A stretch of DNA of 44,936 bases, taken from positions 1 through 44,936 of the forward strand of contig CAYGIH010000002.1 in assembly GCA_964349945.1 (NCBI GenBank), in the 5' to 3' direction. Below are positions 36,800 through 44,876 of this stretch, in pieces; position 1 is the first letter of the stretch; each line of letters starts with the position of its first letter. The DNA is from an uncultured Candidatus Saccharibacteria bacterium (GTDB lineage: Bacteria; Patescibacteriota; Minisyncoccia; Phycocordibacterales; Zambryskibacteraceae). The notes beneath the pieces are model-generated. The model saw only the letters and a list, made by a program, of their open reading frames with translations. It searched no databases and was not told the DNA's origin. A program made the position numbers and the translations under genes.

Positions 36800-37351
36800 T
36801 TATAAAACTAAGAGCTTACTCACAAACCCTATTATATAAATACCCAAACTATTCATCACGAAGGAAATTAGAAGAAAATATTTATCCTTGGTTTTTGATA
36901 TACCCATCATCGCAATTCCCATTTCGTCTGGTAGTGGTGATGCAATAATGAGAGCCCCTATAAATGGGACTAAAAATTTAAAAAGATGTGTTTTAAATAT
37001 TTGTTTAAATCTCTTTTTTTGTGAAAAGGAAAAAAGGTATTCAACATCCTTGGATACTCTATCTTTTATAAAACGAAATATAATATAATCCCCCACAACA
37101 GCGCCCAGGCCTCCGATTAAAGCCATAGGGAAAATAGGGGTAGTTTGGGCAAATTCACTGAGTAGAGCAATAGACGGAGCAGTGGTTATTAGTGAGGTGA
37201 AGAACATCCCAGAAATAAATATACCCAGCCACCTATAATCCCCCAAAGAATAAATAAATTGTTTGATAAAACTTTCTTCAAGAATAAATATAGCCACCAA
37301 AATACTGACCAGTAGTATCAAAAAATCTGCATATAATCTTTTTCTCCGCAT
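36800..37351 (-). CDS. Polytopic membrane protein (possibly DedA/VTT-like)
   Basis: The ORF is 183 aa with several TM helices, plus GGLGAVVGDYIIFRF and ASPLPDEMG segments. TATACT lies 6 nt upstream of the ATG. Confidence 0.55.
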   Translation of the reverse strand: MRRKRLYADFLILLVSILVAIFILEESFIKQFIYSLGDYRWLGIFISGMFFTSLITTAPSIALLSEFAQTTPIFPMALIGGLGAVVGDYIIFRFIKDRVSKDVEYLFSFSQKKRFKQIFKTHLFKFLVPFIGALIIASPLPDEMGIAMMGISKTKDKYFLLISFVMNSLGIYIIGFVSKLLVL

Positions 37352-37363
37352 TCCAAAAGTATA

Positions 37364-37726
37364 TCAAATAATAAGTGGTGTTCCTTGGTGAAATAACATT
37401 TTCCATTTACCATTCTCATTTTTCCATATGGAGCTTCTTAGAGACCTGGTGATTTTATTTGTCTGAGTATTTATTTTCTCTGTTTTGAATGTTGATTGAA
37501 CAACATCTGAAGATAATGCATTTACTTCAAAATCTGTCATTATGAATTTAATCTCTGATGAAGCGGGTAGATTATTCAAAACATCTTTCTTTTTATAAAC
37601 CGCTCCAGAACTACCAAATTCTATAAAATCATCAGAAATTAAATCGTTGAGGCTTTCCTTTGATTTTCTAATATTTGGTTGTAGAAGTTTATTTTCTAAT
37701 TCAAAAATAGTTTCTTTTATGTCCAT
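37364..37726 (-). CDS. NTF2-like / DUF4440 (SnoaL-like) small protein
   Basis: LISDDFIEFGSSGAVYKKKDVL...IWKNENGKWKMLFHQGTP is present. The ATG at 37726 is preferred because it avoids overlap with the upstream gene; the ORF is open to 37768. Confidence 0.6.
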   Translation of the reverse strand: MDIKETIFELENKLLQPNIRKSKESLNDLISDDFIEFGSSGAVYKKKDVLNNLPASSEIKFIMTDFEVNALSSDVVQSTFKTEKINTQTNKITRSLRSSIWKNENGKWKMLFHQGTPLII

Positions 37727-37727
37727 A

Positions 37728-38111
37728 TTAGTTGAAAAAGCCAACAATAGTGAAATAAAAACCAACAAGAAGAAAAGCGCTAGCCAAGGTGTAATATATA
37801 GTTTTTTTCTGTATCAATTTATAGAATACAGAAAACATTTTTTGTGGAAGGAATACATAAACTAATGCTTCTAAGAAGAGATACCAACCCAATATTGTGA
37901 CAGCGAGGGCTGTGGTACCACTCCAAATATTATGCTCAAGTATCATGACTAGAGAGATTACTAACGTGATAATTCCCCAAATATAAGTCAGTACTCGATG
38001 TGCAAAAAGTTCCTTGAAAACACCCATCACCATCTTTCTCTCTGTGGCCAAAGATATACTTACTATTATAAATAATACTCCAATAGCTTGTGCCAAAAAT
38101 GTTGTTGTCAT
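37728..38111 (-). CDS. Small four-TM membrane protein, hypothetical
   Basis: The ORF is 127 aa and hydrophobic throughout. TATACT lies 6 nt upstream of the ATG. Confidence 0.55.
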   Translation of the reverse strand: MTTTFLAQAIGVLFIIVSISLATERKMVMGVFKELFAHRVLTYIWGIITLVISLVMILEHNIWSGTTALAVTILGWYLFLEALVYVFLPQKMFSVFYKLIQKKTIYYTLASAFLLVGFYFTIVGFFN

Positions 38112-38132
38112 AAGAAAAGTATATCAAACATT

Positions 38133-38154
38133 GGGGTGGTGGGTGGGTGGGTGG
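38133..38154 (+). repeat. G-tract repeat GGGGTGGTGGGTGGGTGGGTGG (G-quadruplex-capable motif)
   Basis: The motif is read directly at 38133-38154. It lies in an otherwise AT-rich intergenic spacer between the HIT gene's stop and the 38111 gene's start. Confidence 0.8.
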
Positions 38155-38171
38155 ATAGATTTAGAACTTGG

Positions 38172-38576
38172 TTAATCAATTAGTTCTTCGATTTTGTGTA
38201 TGAATTTGTTAATTTTTTCCCTGCTTGGTTTTCTTATTTTATGTTTTGTATCTGCCAGACTATTCATCGGTATTAGATGAACATGAGTATGTGGAACCTC
38301 GAACCCATAAATAGCTAATACTATCCGTTTACACCTCGTAACTTTTTTTAACGCTTTTGCAACTTTTTCGCTTGCTAATAAAAGCTTTAGGTATTCTTTT
38401 TTATGCAAATTAAAAACATAACTATTGTGGTTTTTGGGAATCACTAAGGTATGCCCAAATGCCTGTGGCTCTCTACTTAAAAACGCGATGTGTGATTTGT
38501 CTTCCCAAAATTGAGAGTGTTCTATTTTTCTTTGGGCAACTTTGCAAAAAACACAATTATTTTTGTAATGTGACAT
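38172..38576 (-). CDS. HIT-family (Hint-like) protein
   Basis: CVFCKV is present at the N-terminus, along with GHTLVIPKNH and the histidine triad HTHVHLIP. Confidence 0.85.
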   Translation of the reverse strand: MSHYKNNCVFCKVAQRKIEHSQFWEDKSHIAFLSREPQAFGHTLVIPKNHNSYVFNLHKKEYLKLLLASEKVAKALKKVTRCKRIVLAIYGFEVPHTHVHLIPMNSLADTKHKIRKPSREKINKFIHKIEELID

Positions 38577-38638
38577 TCAATAATAATAACAGCTTCGAAT
38601 TAATTAGTGCACTAGTAAATAATGTTAGACTAATAAGC

Positions 38639-39535
38639 TTAAAATTCTCCAATAAAACCAATTTCAGTCTTGAGGTTATATCCTAACTCTGATTTAACTT
38701 TTTCTTGGATTAAATGTATCAGCTCTATAACATCTATTGCTTTTGCATTTCCTAAATTAACAATGTAGTTTGCATGTTTATTGGATATCTGCGCTCCGCC
38801 GATTATATACCCTTTCAAACCAACCTTTTCTATTAATCTCCCAGCCCCTATTTCTTCTATCTTTTTAAAGACAGAACCACATGATGAGAATTCATTGAGT
38901 TGTGGTTGCTTTTCACTTCTCCATTTTAAATTTTCATTAATTTGTTTTTCGATTATACTTTTATCCCTTGGGGTGAGAGCGAAAGTAGCTTTTGTTACTA
39001 ATAAATTTTTCTCATGTAAAATACTGTAATCATATCCAAAATTAAAAAAAGTTTTATCTACTTCTCTCAATTGATTATTTTCATCTAATATTTCTGCGGA
39101 TTTCAAAATGGACTCAATAAATAAAGTGGAGTTTCTATCAGGAGAAAGAAAATGAAGGTTTTGCCATATTGCTCCACCAACTGTACTTGGAATACCAGCG
39201 TAGTGCTCTAAACCTGATAAGTTTTCATTCAATGTCTTCTCAATAAGTTCTGAAATAACAACTCCACTATCTGCAGTCACAAGGTTGTTTTGAAATATAA
39301 TACTTTTCGCTTCATTTTTAATGACTAATCCTCTGAAACCTTTATCGCCTATCAAAATATTTGCACCGGTTCCTAATATAAAATATGGAATCCTATTTTT
39401 TCTCGCCTTTATTACAATATCAACTAATTCTTCTTTTGATTTGGCAACAATAAAATAATCTGCATTACCTCCTATTTTGTAAGTAGTATACGGAGCTAGT
39501 GATACATTTTTCTGTAAATTTGGGATATTAATCAT
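38639..39535 (-). CDS. murB: UDP-N-acetylenolpyruvoylglucosamine reductase
   Basis: An FAD-binding N-terminus (YTTYKIGGNADYF...ILGTGANIL), GIPSTVGGAIWQN and a C-terminal MurB pattern (GAQISNKHANYIVN) are present. Confidence 0.9.
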   Translation of the reverse strand: MINIPNLQKNVSLAPYTTYKIGGNADYFIVAKSKEELVDIVIKARKNRIPYFILGTGANILIGDKGFRGLVIKNEAKSIIFQNNLVTADSGVVISELIEKTLNENLSGLEHYAGIPSTVGGAIWQNLHFLSPDRNSTLFIESILKSAEILDENNQLREVDKTFFNFGYDYSILHEKNLLVTKATFALTPRDKSIIEKQINENLKWRSEKQPQLNEFSSCGSVFKKIEEIGAGRLIEKVGLKGYIIGGAQISNKHANYIVNLGNAKAIDVIELIHLIQEKVKSELGYNLKTEIGFIGEF

Positions 39536-39625
39536 AAAAAAATCGTACCATAGTTTTACACTATTTAAGTCAAGAATAATAGGAGTTCTTTAATCTACAA
39601 ACAATTTGGGTGACTACTGAGATAC

Positions 39626-39657
39626 AAAAACACCTCTCAGGTTGAGAAGTGTTTTTG
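39626..39657. terminator. Hairpin terminator downstream of the 340-aa gene
   Basis: The sequence reads A5, CACCTCTCA, ggt, TGAGAAGTG, T5. Confidence 0.65.
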
Positions 39658-39782
39658 ATCTTGGGTCAGTATTCGAACACTATTATAACTATCTTAGAGG
39701 ATGAGAAATACATGACTTCACTTTATTCAAGATATCATGCTATTAAAGTTGATTTAGCATCAACTCTTCTCTGATTTTGGGG

Positions 39783-40781
39783 TCATGACCTATGAGCTTT
39801 CCATCTGCCCCAACCATGTTTACCCCCAAGAGTATACATGTTAGGCGGATTTAACTGAAGATAAGTATGGTATTTAATCAAAAATTCATTTGCAGCTCCT
39901 TCTACCTTTGAGTAATTAATTGAAATAAATGTGTAGTTCTCATTGGCGTGTGCAACATCACTTTTATTCCTTTCATCCCATGCTTTCTTGGAATACTTAA
40001 TACTTTCCTTAGTTACCCCCAATTTTTTTCCCGCCAACTCGAAAAGCTCTTTAGTTGTGAGATCAACTTTTTTATTCGTTTTGGGATTAATTTTTGTCGA
40101 TTTAATATTCAATGAATGAGATATAAGTTCTATGCACTTCACCAGGTTTAAAAGCCACAACAATTGATCGTAGTTACCCGTATCCTTCATACGTACTGAT
40201 TTAGACACATACGATAATGCTTTAAAAAATACGTAATCTCTGTTATTAAGAAATTTCTTTGTTTTTGCTACAAAATTTTTTGGAAAGTCTTTGGGACAAA
40301 CATTATGACCATTAATTAGTGGTCTTGGTAATCTCATTTCAAGAAGTTGGCCTTTAGTTTTTACATAAATATTAGATATTTCAAAATCATAATGCTCATC
40401 ATTTCTTCGAAATCTTTTACCGTTTATATTGCGAATTGTAGTTTTTATTGCTAACGATAAACAATCGATTACCCTATGAAATCTTTTTTCTGCTTCCTCT
40501 ACTGCTTGAGAGGGTGTGTGAGTTTCTACCTCAGTTTTAATACTATATTCTGATTGAAAATTTCTTGTACTCACTGGCTTTTGTGGGTACTGAATAAAGT
40601 TTCTCTGCTTATTTTCTATATTGAAATAATACATTTCTGAATCCATGATCGGAATCTCTGGTTTATTAGAGTTCGTTAAAAAATATGGATTTAGATGTTT
40701 TTCAATGACACAGTCTTCAATTTTCTTACGTTTAGTTGGCAAAAAAGAACCAAGAATTTTTGCATAGACTAGATATTTCAT
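39783..40781 (-). CDS. Hypothetical protein next to the R-M genes (possible HEPN-like Rx4-6H motif)
   Basis: The ORF is 332 aa from the ATG at 40781, or 340 aa from the TTG at 40805. I recognise no family. The C-terminal half has AWDERNKSDVAHAN (R-x6-H) within a helical-looking region. Confidence 0.55.
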   Translation of the reverse strand: MKYLVYAKILGSFLPTKRKKIEDCVIEKHLNPYFLTNSNKPEIPIMDSEMYYFNIENKQRNFIQYPQKPVSTRNFQSEYSIKTEVETHTPSQAVEEAEKRFHRVIDCLSLAIKTTIRNINGKRFRRNDEHYDFEISNIYVKTKGQLLEMRLPRPLINGHNVCPKDFPKNFVAKTKKFLNNRDYVFFKALSYVSKSVRMKDTGNYDQLLWLLNLVKCIELISHSLNIKSTKINPKTNKKVDLTTKELFELAGKKLGVTKESIKYSKKAWDERNKSDVAHANENYTFISINYSKVEGAANEFLIKYHTYLQLNPPNMYTLGGKHGWGRWKAHRS

Positions 40782-40840
40782 TATATTATGTTTTAAAAAG
40801 TTCAAATAATACCGACATGGGAAATGGTATTCAAATATTA

Positions 40841-40930
40841 CTACACAGCTCCTAAAGAACCAGAGCCGTCAAGATTTCTTAAAGAATTTAAAACTGGATT
40901 AAATAGCTCGTCAAATTTTGGTACTGCCAT
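40841..40930 (-). pseudogene. 29-codon relic of an Mrr-type restriction-enzyme N-terminal (Mrr_N winged-helix) domain
   Basis: The translation is MAVPKFDELFNPVLNSLRNLDGSGSLGAV-stop. Compare the E. coli Mrr N-terminus MTVPTYDKFIEPVLRYL... (recalled from memory). The fragment is truncated and no continuation is visible in any frame. Confidence 0.5.
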
Positions 40931-41000
40931 AAGCCTATTATAGACTTTTTACACCAGATACTAAAGGTCAGCGCAAGGGCCAGCTTTTTATACCCATTGC

Positions 41001-41009
41001 TGGTATAAT
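41001..41009 (+). promoter_or_regulatory. Extended -10 promoter (TGgTATAAT) upstream of the methyltransferase operon
   Basis: TG is at 41001-41002 and TATAAT at 41004-41009. Eleven nt precede the ATG at 41021 and there is no SD. Confidence 0.45.
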
Positions 41010-41020
41010 TCTTATTAAAC

Positions 41021-42085
41021 ATGGCGCACAGAAAACCAACAGTCTTAGATTTATTTAGCGGTTGCGGGGGCCTCTCAAGAGGCTTTATGGACGCAGGCTA
41101 TCACATCCTTCTCGGTGTTGATAATAACGACTCTGCTCTTGAAACTTTCAAGTTAAACCACAATGGAGCTGATGCAATTAACTTGGATCTTTCAGATAAA
41201 AAAAGTATTGGAATAATTAAAAAAATTCTTGGAAGCAACCAACCAGACATTATTGTAGGAGGTCCTCCCTGCCAAGGTTTCTCACTCACTGGGCCAAGAA
41301 ACTTTGACGACAAGAGAAACAAGCTTTACTTGGCAATGATTGAAACTGTTAAAGAATTTAAGCCTAAGGCTTTTCTAATTGAGAATGTGCCTGGACTTGC
41401 TCGTCTATATGAAGGAAAAGTTAAAGACGAAATAATAAAAAGATTTACAAGGCTTGGTTATAACGTCAATATGCAAATTATATGTACAGCAGATTACGGT
41501 GTGCCTCAAATTAGGCGCAGAGTAGTTTTTATAGGTATTAAAAAAACTCTTGGTAAGTTTGAGTTTCCAAAGCCAATACTATCCCCCACTAATTATCTGA
41601 CTTGTGAGGATGCAATTGGAGACCTTCCTAGTAGAGTAGATGATTTTGGAAATGAAATTGATAAATATAGTCATTCTCCTAAATCTAATTATCAGAAAAA
41701 GATGAGGGACAATGGAGATATTTTATTAAATCATGTGGCTAGTCGTCATACGGACCTTGTGAAATCAATAATTGCTCAGGTCCCCGAAGGTGGAAACTAT
41801 AAGAACCTACCAAAAGGGGTTGGGGATAACCGAAAATTCAATGAAGCATGGACTAGGTATCACAGCAAAAAACCATCTAGAACCATTGATACCGGCCACA
41901 GAAACCATTTCCACTATAAATACAACAGGATTCCGACTGTGAGGGAAAATGCCAGACTCCAATCCTTTCCTGATAGTTTTCGGTTTGTCGGGACACGTAC
42001 TGAACAAAATCGACAGGTAGGAAATGCCGTGCCTCCACTACTGGGTTATTATATTGGTAGAGAGATTCTTAAATACATTAAATAA
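41021..42085 (+). CDS. DNA (cytosine-5)-methyltransferase 1
   Basis: All C5-MTase motifs are present: LDLFSGCGGLSRGF (I), GGPPCQGFS (IV), ENVPGL (VI), QIRRRVVFIG (VIII), RENARLQSFPDSF (IX) and GNAVPPLL (X). Confidence 0.95.
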   Translation: MAHRKPTVLDLFSGCGGLSRGFMDAGYHILLGVDNNDSALETFKLNHNGADAINLDLSDKKSIGIIKKILGSNQPDIIVGGPPCQGFSLTGPRNFDDKRNKLYLAMIETVKEFKPKAFLIENVPGLARLYEGKVKDEIIKRFTRLGYNVNMQIICTADYGVPQIRRRVVFIGIKKTLGKFEFPKPILSPTNYLTCEDAIGDLPSRVDDFGNEIDKYSHSPKSNYQKKMRDNGDILLNHVASRHTDLVKSIIAQVPEGGNYKNLPKGVGDNRKFNEAWTRYHSKKPSRTIDTGHRNHFHYKYNRIPTVRENARLQSFPDSFRFVGTRTEQNRQVGNAVPPLLGYYIGREILKYIK

Positions 42086-43380
42086 TGAAGAGAAACAAGT
42101 CTCAAAAATTAAGAACAATTGATTTGTTCGCAGGCTGTGGAGGTCTAACTGAAGGATTTGAAATGTCTGGTGCTTTTTCCACTATCGGGATAGTTGAATG
42201 GGAGAAATCAGCCCTGAAAACATTGGTTCATAGAATGAAAACAAAGTGGAAAAAAGATGATGCTGAATCATCCTCACTTCTTTTTGATATGCAGAGAACT
42301 AATGACCTATTAGAAGGTTGGACTGAAGATAAAAAATATGGGACTCATGAAGGGTTAAGGAAACTTGTAAAAAAAAGTGGTAAGGCAGTTGATGTCATCG
42401 TTGGTGGTCCGCCATGTCAGGCTTATTCAATAGCAGGAAGAGTACGAGATCAAGACGGAATGAAGAATGATTATCGCAACTACCTTTTTGAAACATATCT
42501 TAAGGTAGTAAGGGAATTTCAACCAAAAGCATTTGTATTTGAAAATGTATTGGGCCTATTAAGTGCTAACCCAGAAGGTATCCCAATCCCAGAACTTATA
42601 AGAAATGCTTTTAAAGAAATTGGTTATGAAATAATCAGCGATCTTCATGAAGCGATAGTTGATGCATCAGAGTTCGGGATACCACAAGTCAGAAAAAGAC
42701 TGGTGATAATAGGATTAAGGAAAAACGCTTTTGAGGATGACTCTCAGGATATTTTGTTAGATTTCTATAATAATATTCTTCCGACTTATAAAACAAAGAT
42801 GAAAACTGTTGCAGATGCTATTTCGGATTTACCAAAAATGAAGGTTTCAAAAAAGATGAACGTTTCCCATGAAGTAGTAGGAGAAAATACGGCCTTAAAT
42901 CACAACCCGAGATACCACAATCCAAGAGATGTTGAAATATTTGAAGAACTAGCCACTGACTTAACAAGAAAGAGTAGGAAATATAAAACGATTGATGACT
43001 TGAAAAAATTGTATACTGAAAAAACAGGTAAGACATCCAGTATTCATAAATATTATGTATTGGAGTCTGATAAGCCTAGTAATACAATTGTAGCTCATCT
43101 CCACAAGGACGGATTGAGGCATATACATCCTGATCCAAAACAGGCCCGATCAATAACTGTAAGAGAAGCTGCGCGACTACAAACCTTTCCCGATGACTTT
43201 GAGTTTTTAGGTAGTATGGGAGATCAATACAAAATGATAGGAAATGCAGTGCCTCCGTTGTTGGCCAAGGCTGTTGCCTTGTCACTTAAGGCAGTACTGG
43301 AGAAATATCTGGCATCCGATATACTGAATACCAATGAGTCAGCAATTACTGAAATTCGACGAATCAGCGTATATACATAA
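42085..43380 (+). CDS. DNA (cytosine-5)-methyltransferase 2
   Basis: IDLFAGCGGLTEGF, GGPPCQAYS, ENVLGL, QVRKRLVIIG, REAARLQTFPDDF and GNAVPPLL are present. The start overlaps the MTase 1 stop (TAATG). The target-recognition region is long. Confidence 0.95.
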   Translation: MKRNKSQKLRTIDLFAGCGGLTEGFEMSGAFSTIGIVEWEKSALKTLVHRMKTKWKKDDAESSSLLFDMQRTNDLLEGWTEDKKYGTHEGLRKLVKKSGKAVDVIVGGPPCQAYSIAGRVRDQDGMKNDYRNYLFETYLKVVREFQPKAFVFENVLGLLSANPEGIPIPELIRNAFKEIGYEIISDLHEAIVDASEFGIPQVRKRLVIIGLRKNAFEDDSQDILLDFYNNILPTYKTKMKTVADAISDLPKMKVSKKMNVSHEVVGENTALNHNPRYHNPRDVEIFEELATDLTRKSRKYKTIDDLKKLYTEKTGKTSSIHKYYVLESDKPSNTIVAHLHKDGLRHIHPDPKQARSITVREAARLQTFPDDFEFLGSMGDQYKMIGNAVPPLLAKAVALSLKAVLEKYLASDILNTNESAITEIRRISVYT

Positions 43381-44341
43381 GCTAAATGCCCAGGAGTTGG
43401 GCTATAGAAACGGCAAACCTGGTGGTGCTGGTCGGTATTTTTATATTTCCAAGTCCTGTGTCGAATACTTTCCTCCTCTGAGCGAGGTGGAACTCAATGA
43501 TCACGTAATTTTAGACTTAATACCTCCCCATAACGACGAGGTGGTTCTCACAAATTATGTTTTTCACAATAGTAAGTACGCAACTCCGGTAAAGACCGAG
43601 GATAGGGACGAGTACCGAATATACTTAAATAGTAGAAATGATCCTGGCCGCGATTACTTTAAGCCAGAGGACATTATCGTAATACTAAAAATGTATAACG
43701 ATGAAGATCTTTTGTATAAAGTCCTTCATACCAAGCCCGATAGTCAGGATTATAAAAAACTAGAAGGATTATTTGATAGTTCTGGTCGAAATAAGACCCA
43801 TGCTCTAGTCCCTCTAAGTTCTCTAACTTTTCTCGAAGCATTAAGAAAAATAAAAGTTGGGGTCAAGATTATTCCCCAGGAAATAATTGACGAAGCACTT
43901 GAAGAGCCTGTATATCATGAACCAGTAAGAGAAGAACAGGTCACTCAGGTAATCAGAAGTAAATCATTCCGCGATCTTGTTTTGTATTTTTACAATTATA
44001 GTTGTGCGATTACTGACAAGACATTTTTTATTGATCATAAGGATTTCAACAATCTCGAAGCTGCACATTTAAGAGCAAGAGCTGCGGGTGGCGGAGGTAA
44101 TCCTTCTAATGGTATTGCACTTGAGCGAAACCTGCATTGGTCTTTTGATAAGGGTTTTTTTACAATCACTAATGATTACAAAGTCGAGGTTCATCCAGAA
44201 GCAATGAAAATACCTTACTTAAAGGAAAAACACGGACAAAGCATCACGGTTCCAGAAGATAGTCGTGCTAGACCAGATAAAGATTCTCTAAGATGGCACA
44301 GAGAAAATGTCTACGGTATCTTTTTGAAAACAGAATCGTAG
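43334..44341 (+). CDS. Putative restriction endonuclease: EcoRII-N/B3-like DNA-binding domain plus C-terminal HNH (HNH_2-type) nuclease
   Basis: The N-terminus YIHKLNAQELGYRNGKPGGAGRYFYISKSCVEYFPPLS...EYRIYLNS...PEDIIVILKM parallels EcoRII-N YIKRLSANDTGATGGHQVGLYIPSGIVEKLFPSIN (recalled from memory). The C-terminus reads CAITDKTFFIDHKDFNNLEAAHLRARAAGG..NPSNGIALERNLHWSFDKGFFTI (HNH). It overlaps the end of MTase 2 by 47 nt. Confidence 0.75.
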   Translation: MSQQLLKFDESAYIHKLNAQELGYRNGKPGGAGRYFYISKSCVEYFPPLSEVELNDHVILDLIPPHNDEVVLTNYVFHNSKYATPVKTEDRDEYRIYLNSRNDPGRDYFKPEDIIVILKMYNDEDLLYKVLHTKPDSQDYKKLEGLFDSSGRNKTHALVPLSSLTFLEALRKIKVGVKIIPQEIIDEALEEPVYHEPVREEQVTQVIRSKSFRDLVLYFYNYSCAITDKTFFIDHKDFNNLEAAHLRARAAGGGGNPSNGIALERNLHWSFDKGFFTITNDYKVEVHPEAMKIPYLKEKHGQSITVPEDSRARPDKDSLRWHRENVYGIFLKTES

Positions 44342-44345
44342 AGAT

Positions 44346-44876
44346 TTACACCTTAAATTCCCAATTATCTTCGTATTCTTCTGTAGTAGGTGTACTGATT
44401 GAGTATTGTTCACCTTTAATACCTATTCTAAAAATACGCCTATCTGTCTCAAACTTTACTTTCTTACCCTCTTTCTTTTTCTCATCAATCCAAATTTGAT
44501 GTTCGTCTTTAACATATTTAGCAACAACCTTACTAGGGACAATGTAAAACCTAAAAAGGTGTGTGTCTTTTGATATATTCACAAAACAATAAAATAATGT
44601 GGAGATGTCTATCTTTTCTTGCTTTTCATTCATCATCCAATCGCTAATAGACTTGCCATGAATTTTAGAAACAGAAGGTTTCTTTTTGTCTTTTTGTAAG
44701 TTTGTCTTTACTTCAAGTTGATAAAGTTTCCCAGTCTTTGGATCTGAAACTAGAATGTCAACGCTTTTTGTGTGCCCCAAAGTCATGCTTGCATCCATAC
44801 CTTTTAAGGCGAGTTGAGAAAGGACGGCAAATTCTCCCGCTAAAGATACTCTATTTTTGTCAGTTGATTCTGTCAT
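44346..44876 (-). CDS. PD-(D/E)xK-fold nuclease-like protein
   Basis: GEFAVLSQLALKGMDASMTL....VDILVSD...LYQLEVKT gives the E...D...E-x-K arrangement. This is typical of small PD-(D/E)xK endonucleases (group-I-intron-associated/PDDEXK_5-like). The gene is convergent with the HNH gene. Confidence 0.6.
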   Translation of the reverse strand: MTESTDKNRVSLAGEFAVLSQLALKGMDASMTLGHTKSVDILVSDPKTGKLYQLEVKTNLQKDKKKPSVSKIHGKSISDWMMNEKQEKIDISTLFYCFVNISKDTHLFRFYIVPSKVVAKYVKDEHQIWIDEKKKEGKKVKFETDRRIFRIGIKGEQYSISTPTTEEYEDNWEFKV

